A DNA stretch of 39,231 nt from IMG/VR virus record IMGVR_UViG_3300031938_000011, positions 1 through 39,231 of that record; one strand, written 5' to 3'. Below, one piece after another: positions 19,479-26,978 of the stretch. Numbering within the stretch: the stretch's first letter is position 1; the number at the start of each line of letters is the position of its first letter. The position numbers and the translations under genes are program-made. This DNA is from a virus. Its lineage: Duplodnaviria > Caudoviricetes. The notes under the pieces were generated by a model. The model worked only from the letters and a program-made list of their open reading frames with translations. It was not told where the DNA came from and did not search any database.

Positions 19479-20101
19479 CAGCCCGTGGCGCGGTTGGCGT
19501 GGATCGCGCGCAGTTCGGCCAACCTGCTGCCCTTGGCCTGCGTGGCCGCCACACCAGCGGCGTTACGGCTGGCCGGTGTGGCCAGCATTTCGCGCAGCAC
19601 GTTGAGCATGTGCGGCACCAGGTACAGGGCCTTGGTGGCCTCGATCCCGTCACCGCTCGCCACCGCCGCGTCCACCCGATCCGCGATGGTGCGCCCGGCC
19701 TCGATGAGTGCCGCGTCCACGTCCTGCGTGTGCTGGCTGGTCGCCGCGCTGGCGTCGAATGCCTTGCGCAACGTGTGATCGTTGGCGGCGGGGTCGGACA
19801 GCACCTTGTCCCGGCGCTCGCTGATCTTGAGCACCCGGTCCACGGCGTCAAGTTCGCCCGCCTGAGCCTTGGGCCACACGGCCATGTGCAGCCGGTCGAG
19901 CCGGTCCACCTCAAGGGCTTGCTGCACCTGCACGTCCACGGTGCCCAGGGCCACGTCGAACCAGGCCCGGGCTGTATCGGGCGTGATGTTCAGCGCCTGG
20001 CTGATCGTGTCGAACGACGCGCCACCACGGCGAAGGCCCAACACCCGTTGGGCAATCTCGGGGTCGTACCCCTCGGGAAGTTCGCGCTTCATCTTGCTCA
20101 C
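19478..20101 (-). CDS. terS: Terminase small subunit with N-terminal HTH
   Basis: HTH LRRGGASFDTISQALNIT; C-terminal LNVLREMLATPASR...LAELR; abuts terL; GTGA overlap with folE stop. Confidence 0.75.
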   Translation of the reverse strand: MSKMKRELPEGYDPEIAQRVLGLRRGGASFDTISQALNITPDTARAWFDVALGTVDVQVQQALEVDRLDRLHMAVWPKAQAGELDAVDRVLKISERRDKVLSDPAANDHTLRKAFDASAATSQHTQDVDAALIEAGRTIADRVDAAVASGDGIEATKALYLVPHMLNVLREMLATPASRNAAGVAATQAKGSRLAELRAIHANRATG

Positions 20102-20709
20102 GGCGTCGTCGCCGCCAGGAACTCGGCGCGGAGCGCGGGGTCGGACTTCATGACCCCCCGCACGTCGTAGGTGCGCATCTGGCCCCCGGCCTTGGCACCA
20201 CGCAGCCGCATGCACGTGTGCACGCCCTGGATGAGCACGCCCACCCCTGCGGGCTGCACGTACTGCACCAGGGCGTCAGCGATCTGTGCTGTAAGCCGTT
20301 CCTGCACCTGCGGGCGGGCGGCGTAGTGCGCGACGGTGCGGGGCAGTTTCGACAGCCCCACCACGCGCCCGACGTTGGGCACGTAGGACACCCACGCGGT
20401 GCCGGTGAACGGCAACAGGTGGTGCTCGCACAGCGACACGAACGGAATCGGCCCCACGGTCACCGGGGTGCCGGGGTGCCGCACGTCGGAGAACACCACG
20501 CCCAGGTCGTGCTCGGGATCGCCCGGCTGGGCGGCCATTTCCAGGTACGCGCGCACCACCCTCTCGGGGGTGTTCACCAGGCCGGGCCGGTGCGGGTCCT
20601 CGCCCATCAGGCGAAGGAGCGCCCGCACGCCCGCCACGGCGTGCACGTAGTCCGGCTCCTCCTGGGCCTCGTCGTACGTGCGGGGCCGCTTGGCGGTGGT
20701 GGTGGTCAT
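20098..20709 (-). CDS. folE: GTP cyclohydrolase I
   Basis: TPERV, SLCEHHLLPF, GLSKL, RPQVQERLT, HTCMRLRG. Confidence 0.95.
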   Translation of the reverse strand: MTTTTAKRPRTYDEAQEEPDYVHAVAGVRALLRLMGEDPHRPGLVNTPERVVRAYLEMAAQPGDPEHDLGVVFSDVRHPGTPVTVGPIPFVSLCEHHLLPFTGTAWVSYVPNVGRVVGLSKLPRTVAHYAARPQVQERLTAQIADALVQYVQPAGVGVLIQGVHTCMRLRGAKAGGQMRTYDVRGVMKSDPALRAEFLAATTP

Positions 20710-21413
20710 CGGCCCCTTTCCTCTCCGTACAGCAGCGTGTGCAGCCTCGTGGTGGTGTTGAAGCCCTCGCGCTCAATGGCGGGGGCGAGTGTGCGGTGCC
20801 GGTGGATCAACTGCCCGGCGTTGGTGCCCTCGGGCATGATCCACACGTGCTCGCGGGCGATGCCCAACTCCTGCGTGAGGTCGCGCACGGTGGCCACGTC
20901 GGCGGGTACCGAGCACACGAACTTGAACGCGGCGAGGCCCGCCCGGGCGAGCACCGCCCAACCGGCCAGGGCCTCGGGCTTGAGGCGGCGCTTCAACGGG
21001 TCGCGGGTGTTGATCTTGGGGCTCACCGTCGTGTGCTCCACGTGCCGGTCCCACCACCACGGCGGGGCAATGGTGCCGTTGGTTTCGGCGTGCCACGTCC
21101 ACTCGTCGGTGAGCAACGGGGCGAGGTTCTTGTGGTGCACCAACGGCTCGCCACCGGACAGCACCGCGAGGTCAACGCCCAAGCCACGCAGCCGGTCGTG
21201 TATCTCGGCCACCTCGGTGGGCGGGCATTCCTTGGCCACGTCGTACCGGGTGGTGTCCCACGTATAGGGGGTGTCGCACCATTCGCACGACAGGTTGCAC
21301 AGCCCGAGCCGCACGAACCCCGTACGCCTCCCCGCGTACGGCCCTTCCCCTTGCCACGTTGGGCCGAACACCTCCGACACCGGCAACGGGGCTTGCGGCG
21401 GGGTGATGGTCAC
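20706..21413 (-). CDS. queE: 7-carboxy-7-deazaguanine synthase (radical SAM)
   Basis: QGEG, CNLSCEWCDT (CxxxCxxC), SGGEP, ETNGT, VSPK, RLH; GTG start overlapping the queD stop. Confidence 0.93.
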   Translation of the reverse strand: MTITPPQAPLPVSEVFGPTWQGEGPYAGRRTGFVRLGLCNLSCEWCDTPYTWDTTRYDVAKECPPTEVAEIHDRLRGLGVDLAVLSGGEPLVHHKNLAPLLTDEWTWHAETNGTIAPPWWWDRHVEHTTVSPKINTRDPLKRRLKPEALAGWAVLARAGLAAFKFVCSVPADVATVRDLTQELGIAREHVWIMPEGTNAGQLIHRHRTLAPAIEREGFNTTTRLHTLLYGEERGR

Positions 21414-21778
21414 GGGGTCCACCACGCCCACGTCTTGGGCGTCTCGCTCACACCCACGGCGACCTCCACGCCCTCGGGCAGGCTGAGGATCGTGGGCGCG
21501 ACGCGCGCCACCGCGTAGGCCAAGTTCTCGGCGGTGGGGTTGGCGTCCATCCAGTCGTTGAGGTGCCGGTGGTCCAGCACGTCGTCCACCATGGCCTTGA
21601 TCGGCGCGAGGTCGCCGTAGTCGAACAAGAACCCTTGCGACATCAGCGATTCACCGGCCAGGGCGATGCGGAGCACGTAGTTGTGGCCGTGCAGCCGCCC
21701 ACATTGGTGCCCCTCGGGCAGGCCGAGGAGCACGTGACTGGCGGAGAAGTGAAAGTCCTTCGTGATGGAGAAAGTCAT
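21410..21778 (-). CDS. queD: 6-carboxy-5,6,7,8-tetrahydropterin synthase
   Basis: FSASH, CGRLHGHNY, LDHRHLN, PTAENLA, SETP. Confidence 0.95.
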   Translation of the reverse strand: MTFSITKDFHFSASHVLLGLPEGHQCGRLHGHNYVLRIALAGESLMSQGFLFDYGDLAPIKAMVDDVLDHRHLNDWMDANPTAENLAYAVARVAPTILSLPEGVEVAVGVSETPKTWAWWTP

Positions 21779-22659
21779 GCGCGCGGAGGTCCCATCTTGT
21801 GGGCGGTGATCGGTTCACGGTTGGACGGGCTGGCGGCGAGGTACAGCCGAAAGCCCGGGTTGCGTACCTGCTGGGCCGCCTCCACCCGCATGTACGCGCG
21901 GGCTGATGCGACGGTGGCCCAATCGGTGCGGGCCTTGGCCAACTCCGGCCCCACGTGCTTGGTGGAGGAGTAGCCGTACTGCGCCATGGCGAGGGGATCG
22001 CCCCCGTAGGCGCGGACAAGGGGCACGTAGTGCGGCGGCACCGGCTGGCCGTAGGTGAACGACACCAGCCGCCCGTCACGGTTGGCCAGGTACACCATCG
22101 GCATGCGTCGCGGGATCGTCCACGACGACGAGTCGCACGATGCCCACGGCAACTTGCGCAGGGCGTCGGTAGACGTGATCCCCAAGCCATGCAGCGATGT
22201 GCCGTACTTCCGGGCGATCTTGTGCACCTGGATGAACTGGCGCATGAGCATCTGTTGCTGGCGGAAGCGCGCCACCGCGCCACCAATCGAGACGTATTTC
22301 GCCACCCGGCACAGCCGGTCCAACTCGGCCACGGGTGACCCGATGTGCCACGTGGGCACGATCAGCACCGTGTCCCCCATGCGCTCCACGGCGGTGTCGT
22401 AGTTGCGCGCCGAGGATCGCCAATCGTTGATGACATCGAGGGCGAACGCGAAGCGCATATGGCGTTTGTGCTGGTCGAGCCAGTCGAGGTAGGCCCGGTG
22501 GTTGATCGGCTTGCCGCTAGTCCACGCCGTGAAGGCCCCGCTGTCGATGACCAGATCGACGCCCGACAAGGAGGCGAACGCGGCGGCGTCCATCTTGGAC
22601 GCGTACGCGTACGACAGGAGCATGCGCGGCTGGTCGGGCCACCGCTCGGTGGCGGTCAC
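21775..22659 (-). CDS. dpdA: TGT-like 7-deazaguanine DNA transglycosylase (DpdA family)
   Basis: IDSGAF, ALDVI, PTWH, IGG, HGLG, CDSSSW motifs; directly upstream of queD-queE-folE. Confidence 0.8.
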   Translation of the reverse strand: MTATERWPDQPRMLLSYAYASKMDAAAFASLSGVDLVIDSGAFTAWTSGKPINHRAYLDWLDQHKRHMRFAFALDVINDWRSSARNYDTAVERMGDTVLIVPTWHIGSPVAELDRLCRVAKYVSIGGAVARFRQQQMLMRQFIQVHKIARKYGTSLHGLGITSTDALRKLPWASCDSSSWTIPRRMPMVYLANRDGRLVSFTYGQPVPPHYVPLVRAYGGDPLAMAQYGYSSTKHVGPELAKARTDWATVASARAYMRVEAAQQVRNPGFRLYLAASPSNREPITAHKMGPPRA

Positions 22660-23258
22660 GCCGATTCACGAACCTGCGCACGGTTGAGCAACTGCACCAA
22701 CCGCTCGGGCTCGGTGTCGCCGTCCTCGGCCCCCAACGCGTCGTAGAACTGCCGGTGCACGTCGGGCGGCACCTTCATGGAGATGGACAGCCACAGGTCA
22801 TCGTCCTTGGGCTCCCCGTATTGGGCTTCCAGGGCGTCGAGGTCGGAGGCGGTGACCTTGGCCAGGATGTCGGCCACGTCGTCCGGGGTGTACCCGGTGC
22901 CGTCAGGATCGCCCAAGCCCGCAAGCAGTTCGGCCAACACCTCGTCCTCGTACGAACCGAGGTCGGCGGCCCGGTTGTCCACCAGGACGATGCGCGCGGC
23001 CTCGTCGTCGTCCACGTCCACGAACGTGGCCGCGATCTGATCCCAGCCCAACTCCTTGGCGGCGGCCAACGTGTGGTTGCCCGCCAGCACCTCAAACGTC
23101 TTAGCCCGCACGACGATGGGCCGGTACTGGCCGTGGTGTTTGAGGCTGTCCACGATCACATCGACGTTGCCCCGGCGCGGGTTGCGCCCGTACGGCTGTA
23201 GCCCGTCGATGGGAACCGCCAACGGGGTAAGCGTTTCGGGGATGGTTGCGCGGACCAC
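22656..23258 (-). CDS. ParB/Sulfiredoxin-like N-terminal domain protein
   Basis: PYGRNPR, GQYRPIVV, VLAGNHTLAAAKELGW, LVDNR. Confidence 0.85.
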   Translation of the reverse strand: MVRATIPETLTPLAVPIDGLQPYGRNPRRGNVDVIVDSLKHHGQYRPIVVRAKTFEVLAGNHTLAAAKELGWDQIAATFVDVDDDEAARIVLVDNRAADLGSYEDEVLAELLAGLGDPDGTGYTPDDVADILAKVTASDLDALEAQYGEPKDDDLWLSISMKVPPDVHRQFYDALGAEDGDTEPERLVQLLNRAQVRESA

Positions 23259-23267
23259 CGGGGGCTC

Positions 23268-23348
23268 CTAGACGTTGAAAGCGATCAGCAGTACGGCCAG
23301 GACGAGGACGACGAGCGCCACGAGCAAGACCAAGTTGGCGTTGTTCAC
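23268..23348 (-). CDS. 26-aa single-TM peptide (below the ORF track cutoff)
   Basis: MNNANLVLLVALVVLVLAVLLIAFNV*; GTGA overlap with the upstream stop; fills the gap before the ParB RBS. Confidence 0.6.
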   Translation of the reverse strand: MNNANLVLLVALVVLVLAVLLIAFNV

Positions 23349-23527
23349 GGGGTGCCCTCGCTGTCCGGGGTGCGGGCGGCGGCCTTCTTGGCGGCACGCT
23401 TGCGGGTGGCGGCGGCGGCCTTCTTCGCGGGCTGCTGCACGACCCATCCCTGGGTCTGGTACTCCGCGACGGTGGCGGCGGGTACCTCGATGCTGCGGCC
23501 CCCGCTTGCGTGCTTCACCTTGGGCAT
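23345..23527 (-). CDS. Small basic protein with AKKAA-rich tail
   Basis: MPKVKHASGGRSIEV...PAKKAAAATRKRAAKKAAAR; RBS AAGGAGGA. Confidence 0.7.
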   Translation of the reverse strand: MPKVKHASGGRSIEVPAATVAEYQTQGWVVQQPAKKAAAATRKRAAKKAAARTPDSEGTP

Positions 23528-23543
23528 CGGTCCTCCTTGTTGG

Positions 23544-24431
23544 TCATACGGTGGCCAGTTGCATGTCGAGGTCGCCGCCACGGCACGAGAACGGCCCGCA
23601 TGACGAGTCGTTGTTCTCGCGCTCGGCCAGGGCGTCACCACGGCGGCGGCGCTCGCGGTCGATGGGCGCTTGGGCGAGCGGCAACAGGCTGGCGTGGAGG
23701 TACATCTGGCCGCGCAACGTGTGGCCCTGGGCGTTGGCCCGGGCGGTGCCGTTGCGGATCGCCTCATCGAAGGCCACAGCGTCGGCCCATTCGTCGGGCC
23801 GGGTGTCGCGCAGTTCGCGCCACTGCCGGTTGCCGTGGAAGGGGCACCCGATGCACGCGGACTTGGCGGTACTGCCGAAACCGTGCGCGTCGAGGAGCGC
23901 CGCACAGTCGTCGCGCGTCATGTCCAGTTCCAACAGGGGGAAGCGGTTGCGGGCGTACTTCACATCGCTCGACTTCGCCCGCATGAACTCATCGCGGCTG
24001 ATGCCCACCCATTGCTCGACGTACATGCCGCGCGGCACCCGCCTGGGGTGCGGGTAGCCGAGCAACTGCCGAACCTGCCGCTTGATCGGCTTCAACTTGT
24101 ATTCGTTCGTGCATTGCCGTCTGACCATGCCCTTCTTGCCGTCAGGGTTGCGCACGAACATGGGCATGGAGGCGAACCTGTGCTCGGGGTCGAGGGCGTC
24201 GGCGCGAATGTTGCCCTGGCTCACCCGGTGCAGCGGGATGCCTGCCGGGGCCAGCACCTCAGCGTCCAGCCGGTCGAGGTGTTCGTACACGGCCCGGGGC
24301 TCCCAGCCGGTGTCCGCGAAGATCGCGGCGTCCACCTTGGGCAAGTCCCCCACCGCCGACATGACGGCCAGCGCCGTGCTCTGCACCCCAGCCCCCAACG
24401 ACAGCACCCGCAGCGCGGGCTCCGTCGTCAT
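23544..24431 (-). CDS. PAPS-reductase-like adenine nucleotide alpha-hydrolase (PP-loop) protein
   Basis: VLSLGAGVQS, FADTGWE, RQCTNEYKLKPI, VGISRDE, FPL, KSACIGCPF. Confidence 0.8.
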   Translation of the reverse strand: MTTEPALRVLSLGAGVQSTALAVMSAVGDLPKVDAAIFADTGWEPRAVYEHLDRLDAEVLAPAGIPLHRVSQGNIRADALDPEHRFASMPMFVRNPDGKKGMVRRQCTNEYKLKPIKRQVRQLLGYPHPRRVPRGMYVEQWVGISRDEFMRAKSSDVKYARNRFPLLELDMTRDDCAALLDAHGFGSTAKSACIGCPFHGNRQWRELRDTRPDEWADAVAFDEAIRNGTARANAQGHTLRGQMYLHASLLPLAQAPIDRERRRRGDALAERENNDSSCGPFSCRGGDLDMQLATV

Positions 24432-24757
24432 GCGGGCGGTTGGAGGTCGGCGGCGGTCACCCCGGCCATGGCGTCCCACACCTGGTTGACCTGGTACAGG
24501 AGGTCACCGTCGGCAGCGTCCAAGCCCGCTTGGGCAATGGTCACGTTGGCGAGGACCGGCCAGGTGAACAGGTCGGCGTAGTTGTCGGGGTTGGCCAGCA
24601 CCTCGCGGGCCAGGGCCAGGCGCTTGTCGTGCCGCTGCTCGCTCATGGTGCTGGCGTCCTCGGACCACACGGCCACGGCGGCGGTGGCAATGGTGACCTT
24701 CACCCGGGCCTTGAACGTGGCGGCCTCGGCCAGGTCGGCGGTGTTCATGTACGACAC
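24428..24757 (-). CDS. Hypothetical protein
   Basis: 109 aa with protein-like composition; RBS AAAGGA; ATGA overlap with the next gene. Confidence 0.7.
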   Translation of the reverse strand: MSYMNTADLAEAATFKARVKVTIATAAVAVWSEDASTMSEQRHDKRLALAREVLANPDNYADLFTWPVLANVTIAQAGLDAADGDLLYQVNQVWDAMAGVTAADLQPPA

Positions 24758-24779
24758 GGCGTTGGATCCTTTCCACGTA

Positions 24780-24915
24780 CGTGATGGGGGGCCGAGGGGC
24801 CGGGGGGGGATGGATCACTCCCGGTGGACAGGCCCGCTTGAAGCGCAAGCCGTGATCTGGACGCCCCTACCCGCCGTGGGGGGTGGGGGTGGGGGTGGGG
24901 GGTGGGGTGGGGTCT
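24780..24915. other. Probable cos / genome-end region
   Basis: Non-coding gap right after HNH; minus strand reads GGGTAGGGGCGTC...ATCCCCCCCC, a layout common in HNH-associated cos phages; cut site not determinable. Confidence 0.5.
24878..24912 (+). repeat. (G4-6 T)n tandem repeat, G-quadruplex motif
   Basis: G6 T G5 T G5 T G6 T G4 T G4. Confidence 0.85.
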
Positions 24916-24919
24916 GGAA

Positions 24920-25204
24920 TCACCACGGCTCGCTTGCAGCGCCCAGGCCGGGCCTCGTGCCGCCGTCCCCCGCGCTTTGATTGCACAGCAGGTGAGCGGC
25001 GTGCAGGTTGGCCGGGTCCTGGGCGAGGTGCGGGTGGGTGGAGAGCGGGTGCGGGTAGTGGTCCACCGAGAACGACGCGGGGTCAGGCCACGCGAGACGG
25101 TAGTCGATGGGTTGTCCGCACCGACAGCACGGCTCATGTCGTGCACGAACCTGCGCCTTGAGCCGGACCCACGGTCTGCCGCTGCGCCCGGCCACCTTGC
25201 TCAC
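24920..25204 (-). CDS. HNH endonuclease (terminase-associated)
   Basis: CCRCG, SVDH, NLHAAHLLCNQS; last gene before the putative cos; GTG start after AGGTGG. Confidence 0.85.
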   Translation of the reverse strand: MSKVAGRSGRPWVRLKAQVRARHEPCCRCGQPIDYRLAWPDPASFSVDHYPHPLSTHPHLAQDPANLHAAHLLCNQSAGDGGTRPGLGAASEPW

Positions 25205-25295
25205 GGCATCCACCTGTGTGCGGGGTCGGCAAACGGGCTGGGCGTTATGCAAGCACGGACCTGACGCAACGTCGTGCCCGGACACGCCCGACGAT

Positions 25296-25577
25296 TCACA
25301 CCAGCCCCTCGTCCTCGCGGCGTTGATGAGCGTGGGCGTAGCACAGCAGGAGGTACGTGCCGCCCTGGCTGCGCTTGTAGTGGGCCTGCCGACTGGCCGG
25401 TGCGTTGCCGTGGTTCGCTGCCAGCACAGCCATGCAGTCGTCGCACTTCATGGCCAAGGTGCCGTGATACTTCGCCCACGTCACCTTGCCGGTGCCCGGC
25501 TTGGGCGGTGCCTTGGGCACCGGGCTGTCGGCCACGTCGAACATGGCCAACTGGTCGGGGTCGATGCGCCTGGTCAC
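25296..25577 (-). CDS. Hypothetical Zn-binding protein
   Basis: CDDC...LCYAH; GTGA-coupled to the upstream gene. Confidence 0.6.
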   Translation of the reverse strand: MTRRIDPDQLAMFDVADSPVPKAPPKPGTGKVTWAKYHGTLAMKCDDCMAVLAANHGNAPASRQAHYKRSQGGTYLLLCYAHAHQRREDEGLV

Positions 25578-25765
25578 GAGTCGGCCCGCCGCACCATCAC
25601 GTGCCGGTCGGGGTTGATGACCTTGCCGAGGCCGCGCCGATGGTCGGCCACTGGGCTGTCGCCCCAGTCGTGCGGCTCACGTACGCACACGAACGTGATG
25701 CCGCTCGGGGTGCGCACCGTGTGGCCGCACGTCGGGTCAGGTGTTGCTACCAGGGTCTTGGTCAT
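25574..25765 (-). CDS. Hypothetical protein
   Basis: 63 aa; overlapping start/stop on both sides; RBS AAGGAG. Confidence 0.6.
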   Translation of the reverse strand: MTKTLVATPDPTCGHTVRTPSGITFVCVREPHDWGDSPVADHRRGLGKVINPDRHVMVRRADS

Positions 25766-26730
25766 GACGCGTTCTCCTTGGGCTTGGCCCGTTGCTGGGC
25801 GGTCAGGTGTTGCTCACGTACGTGCGGCCACCACACCAACAACCGCTTGGTGTCGGGGTCGCGTGCGGTGTCCACGAGGCCACGGCGAATCCAGGCCCGC
25901 ACCGTCTGCTCAGGTCGTTCGATGGCTGCGACGGCATCGGCAATCGCCACGAACCGCTCAGCCCCCTTGCTGGCCAGGTGTTGGTGCTTGGCCCGTTGGT
26001 ACCGGCCCGCGTCGTACCGCTGCCCACACCTCGGGCACACGTGGTGATCCTCGGCCACCGTGTTGCCGTAGGCCTTGACCAACCGCGCGCCACAGTCGAG
26101 GCACGGCACGCGGCTCACCTGGTCCCGCTCACCCTCGTGCAACACGTCCTCCATCTGGCGCACCAGTCGGGCCACGGCCTTGGCGAACGTCGGGAACGTG
26201 TGATGCCGGGCCATGGCTTGGAGGCGGTCATCGAGCCACCAACGAGCCATAGCGGGGCTACCGGGTCGGTGGGTGGGTTGCCCCAGGGTCTTGCGCCATT
26301 GGGCTTCCCAGGTCAGTAGCCGGGCTCCGGGCGGTTGCACGTCGCCGCGTAGTTCGTCGTAGGTGTGGCTCACGTCCAGGTCGTTGGCCAACCGACGCGC
26401 CAACTGTCGGTGCATGCCCTCGATGTCAGCGCCGGGGCTGGCCATGACCAGGGCGTCACCACCCGGGACACGTGCCCCCACCTTGAACGCCAACGCACCC
26501 CACCGGGCCTCAGCCGACAGGCGGCCCATCAGCCGGGCCACCTGCCGCAGGTTGGACCGGACTACGCCTACGCACATCGCACACGTGCCCTCGGCGTGGG
26601 TCCGTTCGCACGTGTCGCAATGGGGCTCCGGGCACGGTTGGCATCCCGGGCACAGCATCGGGTCGGCGCACTCGTCGGTGTGCCGGTTCGCCAACACGTA
26701 CAGCCCGCCGTGGAAGATGCACCCGGTCAC
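25762..26730 (-). CDS. Zn-ribbon + C-terminal HTH protein, possible late transcription regulator
   Basis: Several CxxC pairs (CLDCG, CPRCG); HTH-like RPEQTVRAWIRRG; located near HNH. Confidence 0.65.
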   Translation of the reverse strand: MTGCIFHGGLYVLANRHTDECADPMLCPGCQPCPEPHCDTCERTHAEGTCAMCVGVVRSNLRQVARLMGRLSAEARWGALAFKVGARVPGGDALVMASPGADIEGMHRQLARRLANDLDVSHTYDELRGDVQPPGARLLTWEAQWRKTLGQPTHRPGSPAMARWWLDDRLQAMARHHTFPTFAKAVARLVRQMEDVLHEGERDQVSRVPCLDCGARLVKAYGNTVAEDHHVCPRCGQRYDAGRYQRAKHQHLASKGAERFVAIADAVAAIERPEQTVRAWIRRGLVDTARDPDTKRLLVWWPHVREQHLTAQQRAKPKENAS

Positions 26731-26978
26731 CGATCCGCCTCCCTGTCTGCCCGGGGTTGCCCAGCCCCCGCACCCATGGGGTGCGGCGGGGGCGGGCAGG
26801 TGGGCTCGAGGGCCTGCCCGGGCCTGCCCGGCGGATCAGTCGGGCAGGATTCATACCGCTTGACCTGGGCTTTCACGGCGGCGGCCAGCATCCTGCTCGC
26901 ACCTGCCCAGCAGTAGTCCGGGCAGGTTGGGTAACAGGCCTGCCCGATAGCGTCTCGGGCAGGATGGGCCGTGCTCAT
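26727..26978 (-). CDS. Hypothetical Cys/Pro-rich protein
   Basis: MSTAHPARDAIGQACYPTCPDYC; ATGA and GTGA coupling to its neighbours. Confidence 0.5.
   Translation of the reverse strand: MSTAHPARDAIGQACYPTCPDYCWAGASRMLAAAVKAQVKRYESCPTDPPGRPGQALEPTCPPPPHPMGAGAGQPRADREADR

Noticed and set aside
2703-19778. Very long plus-strand ORFs (e.g. 2703-5453, 8271-10328, 16047-17930)
   Set aside because: Antisense shadows of real minus-strand genes, expected in high-GC DNA; no motifs or RBS
21775-22659. tRNA-guanine transglycosylase for queuosine tRNA modification
   Set aside because: No Zn-binding CxCxxC of tRNA TGTs, no queF/queA, and no tRNA genes seen; context fits a DNA-acting DpdA type better
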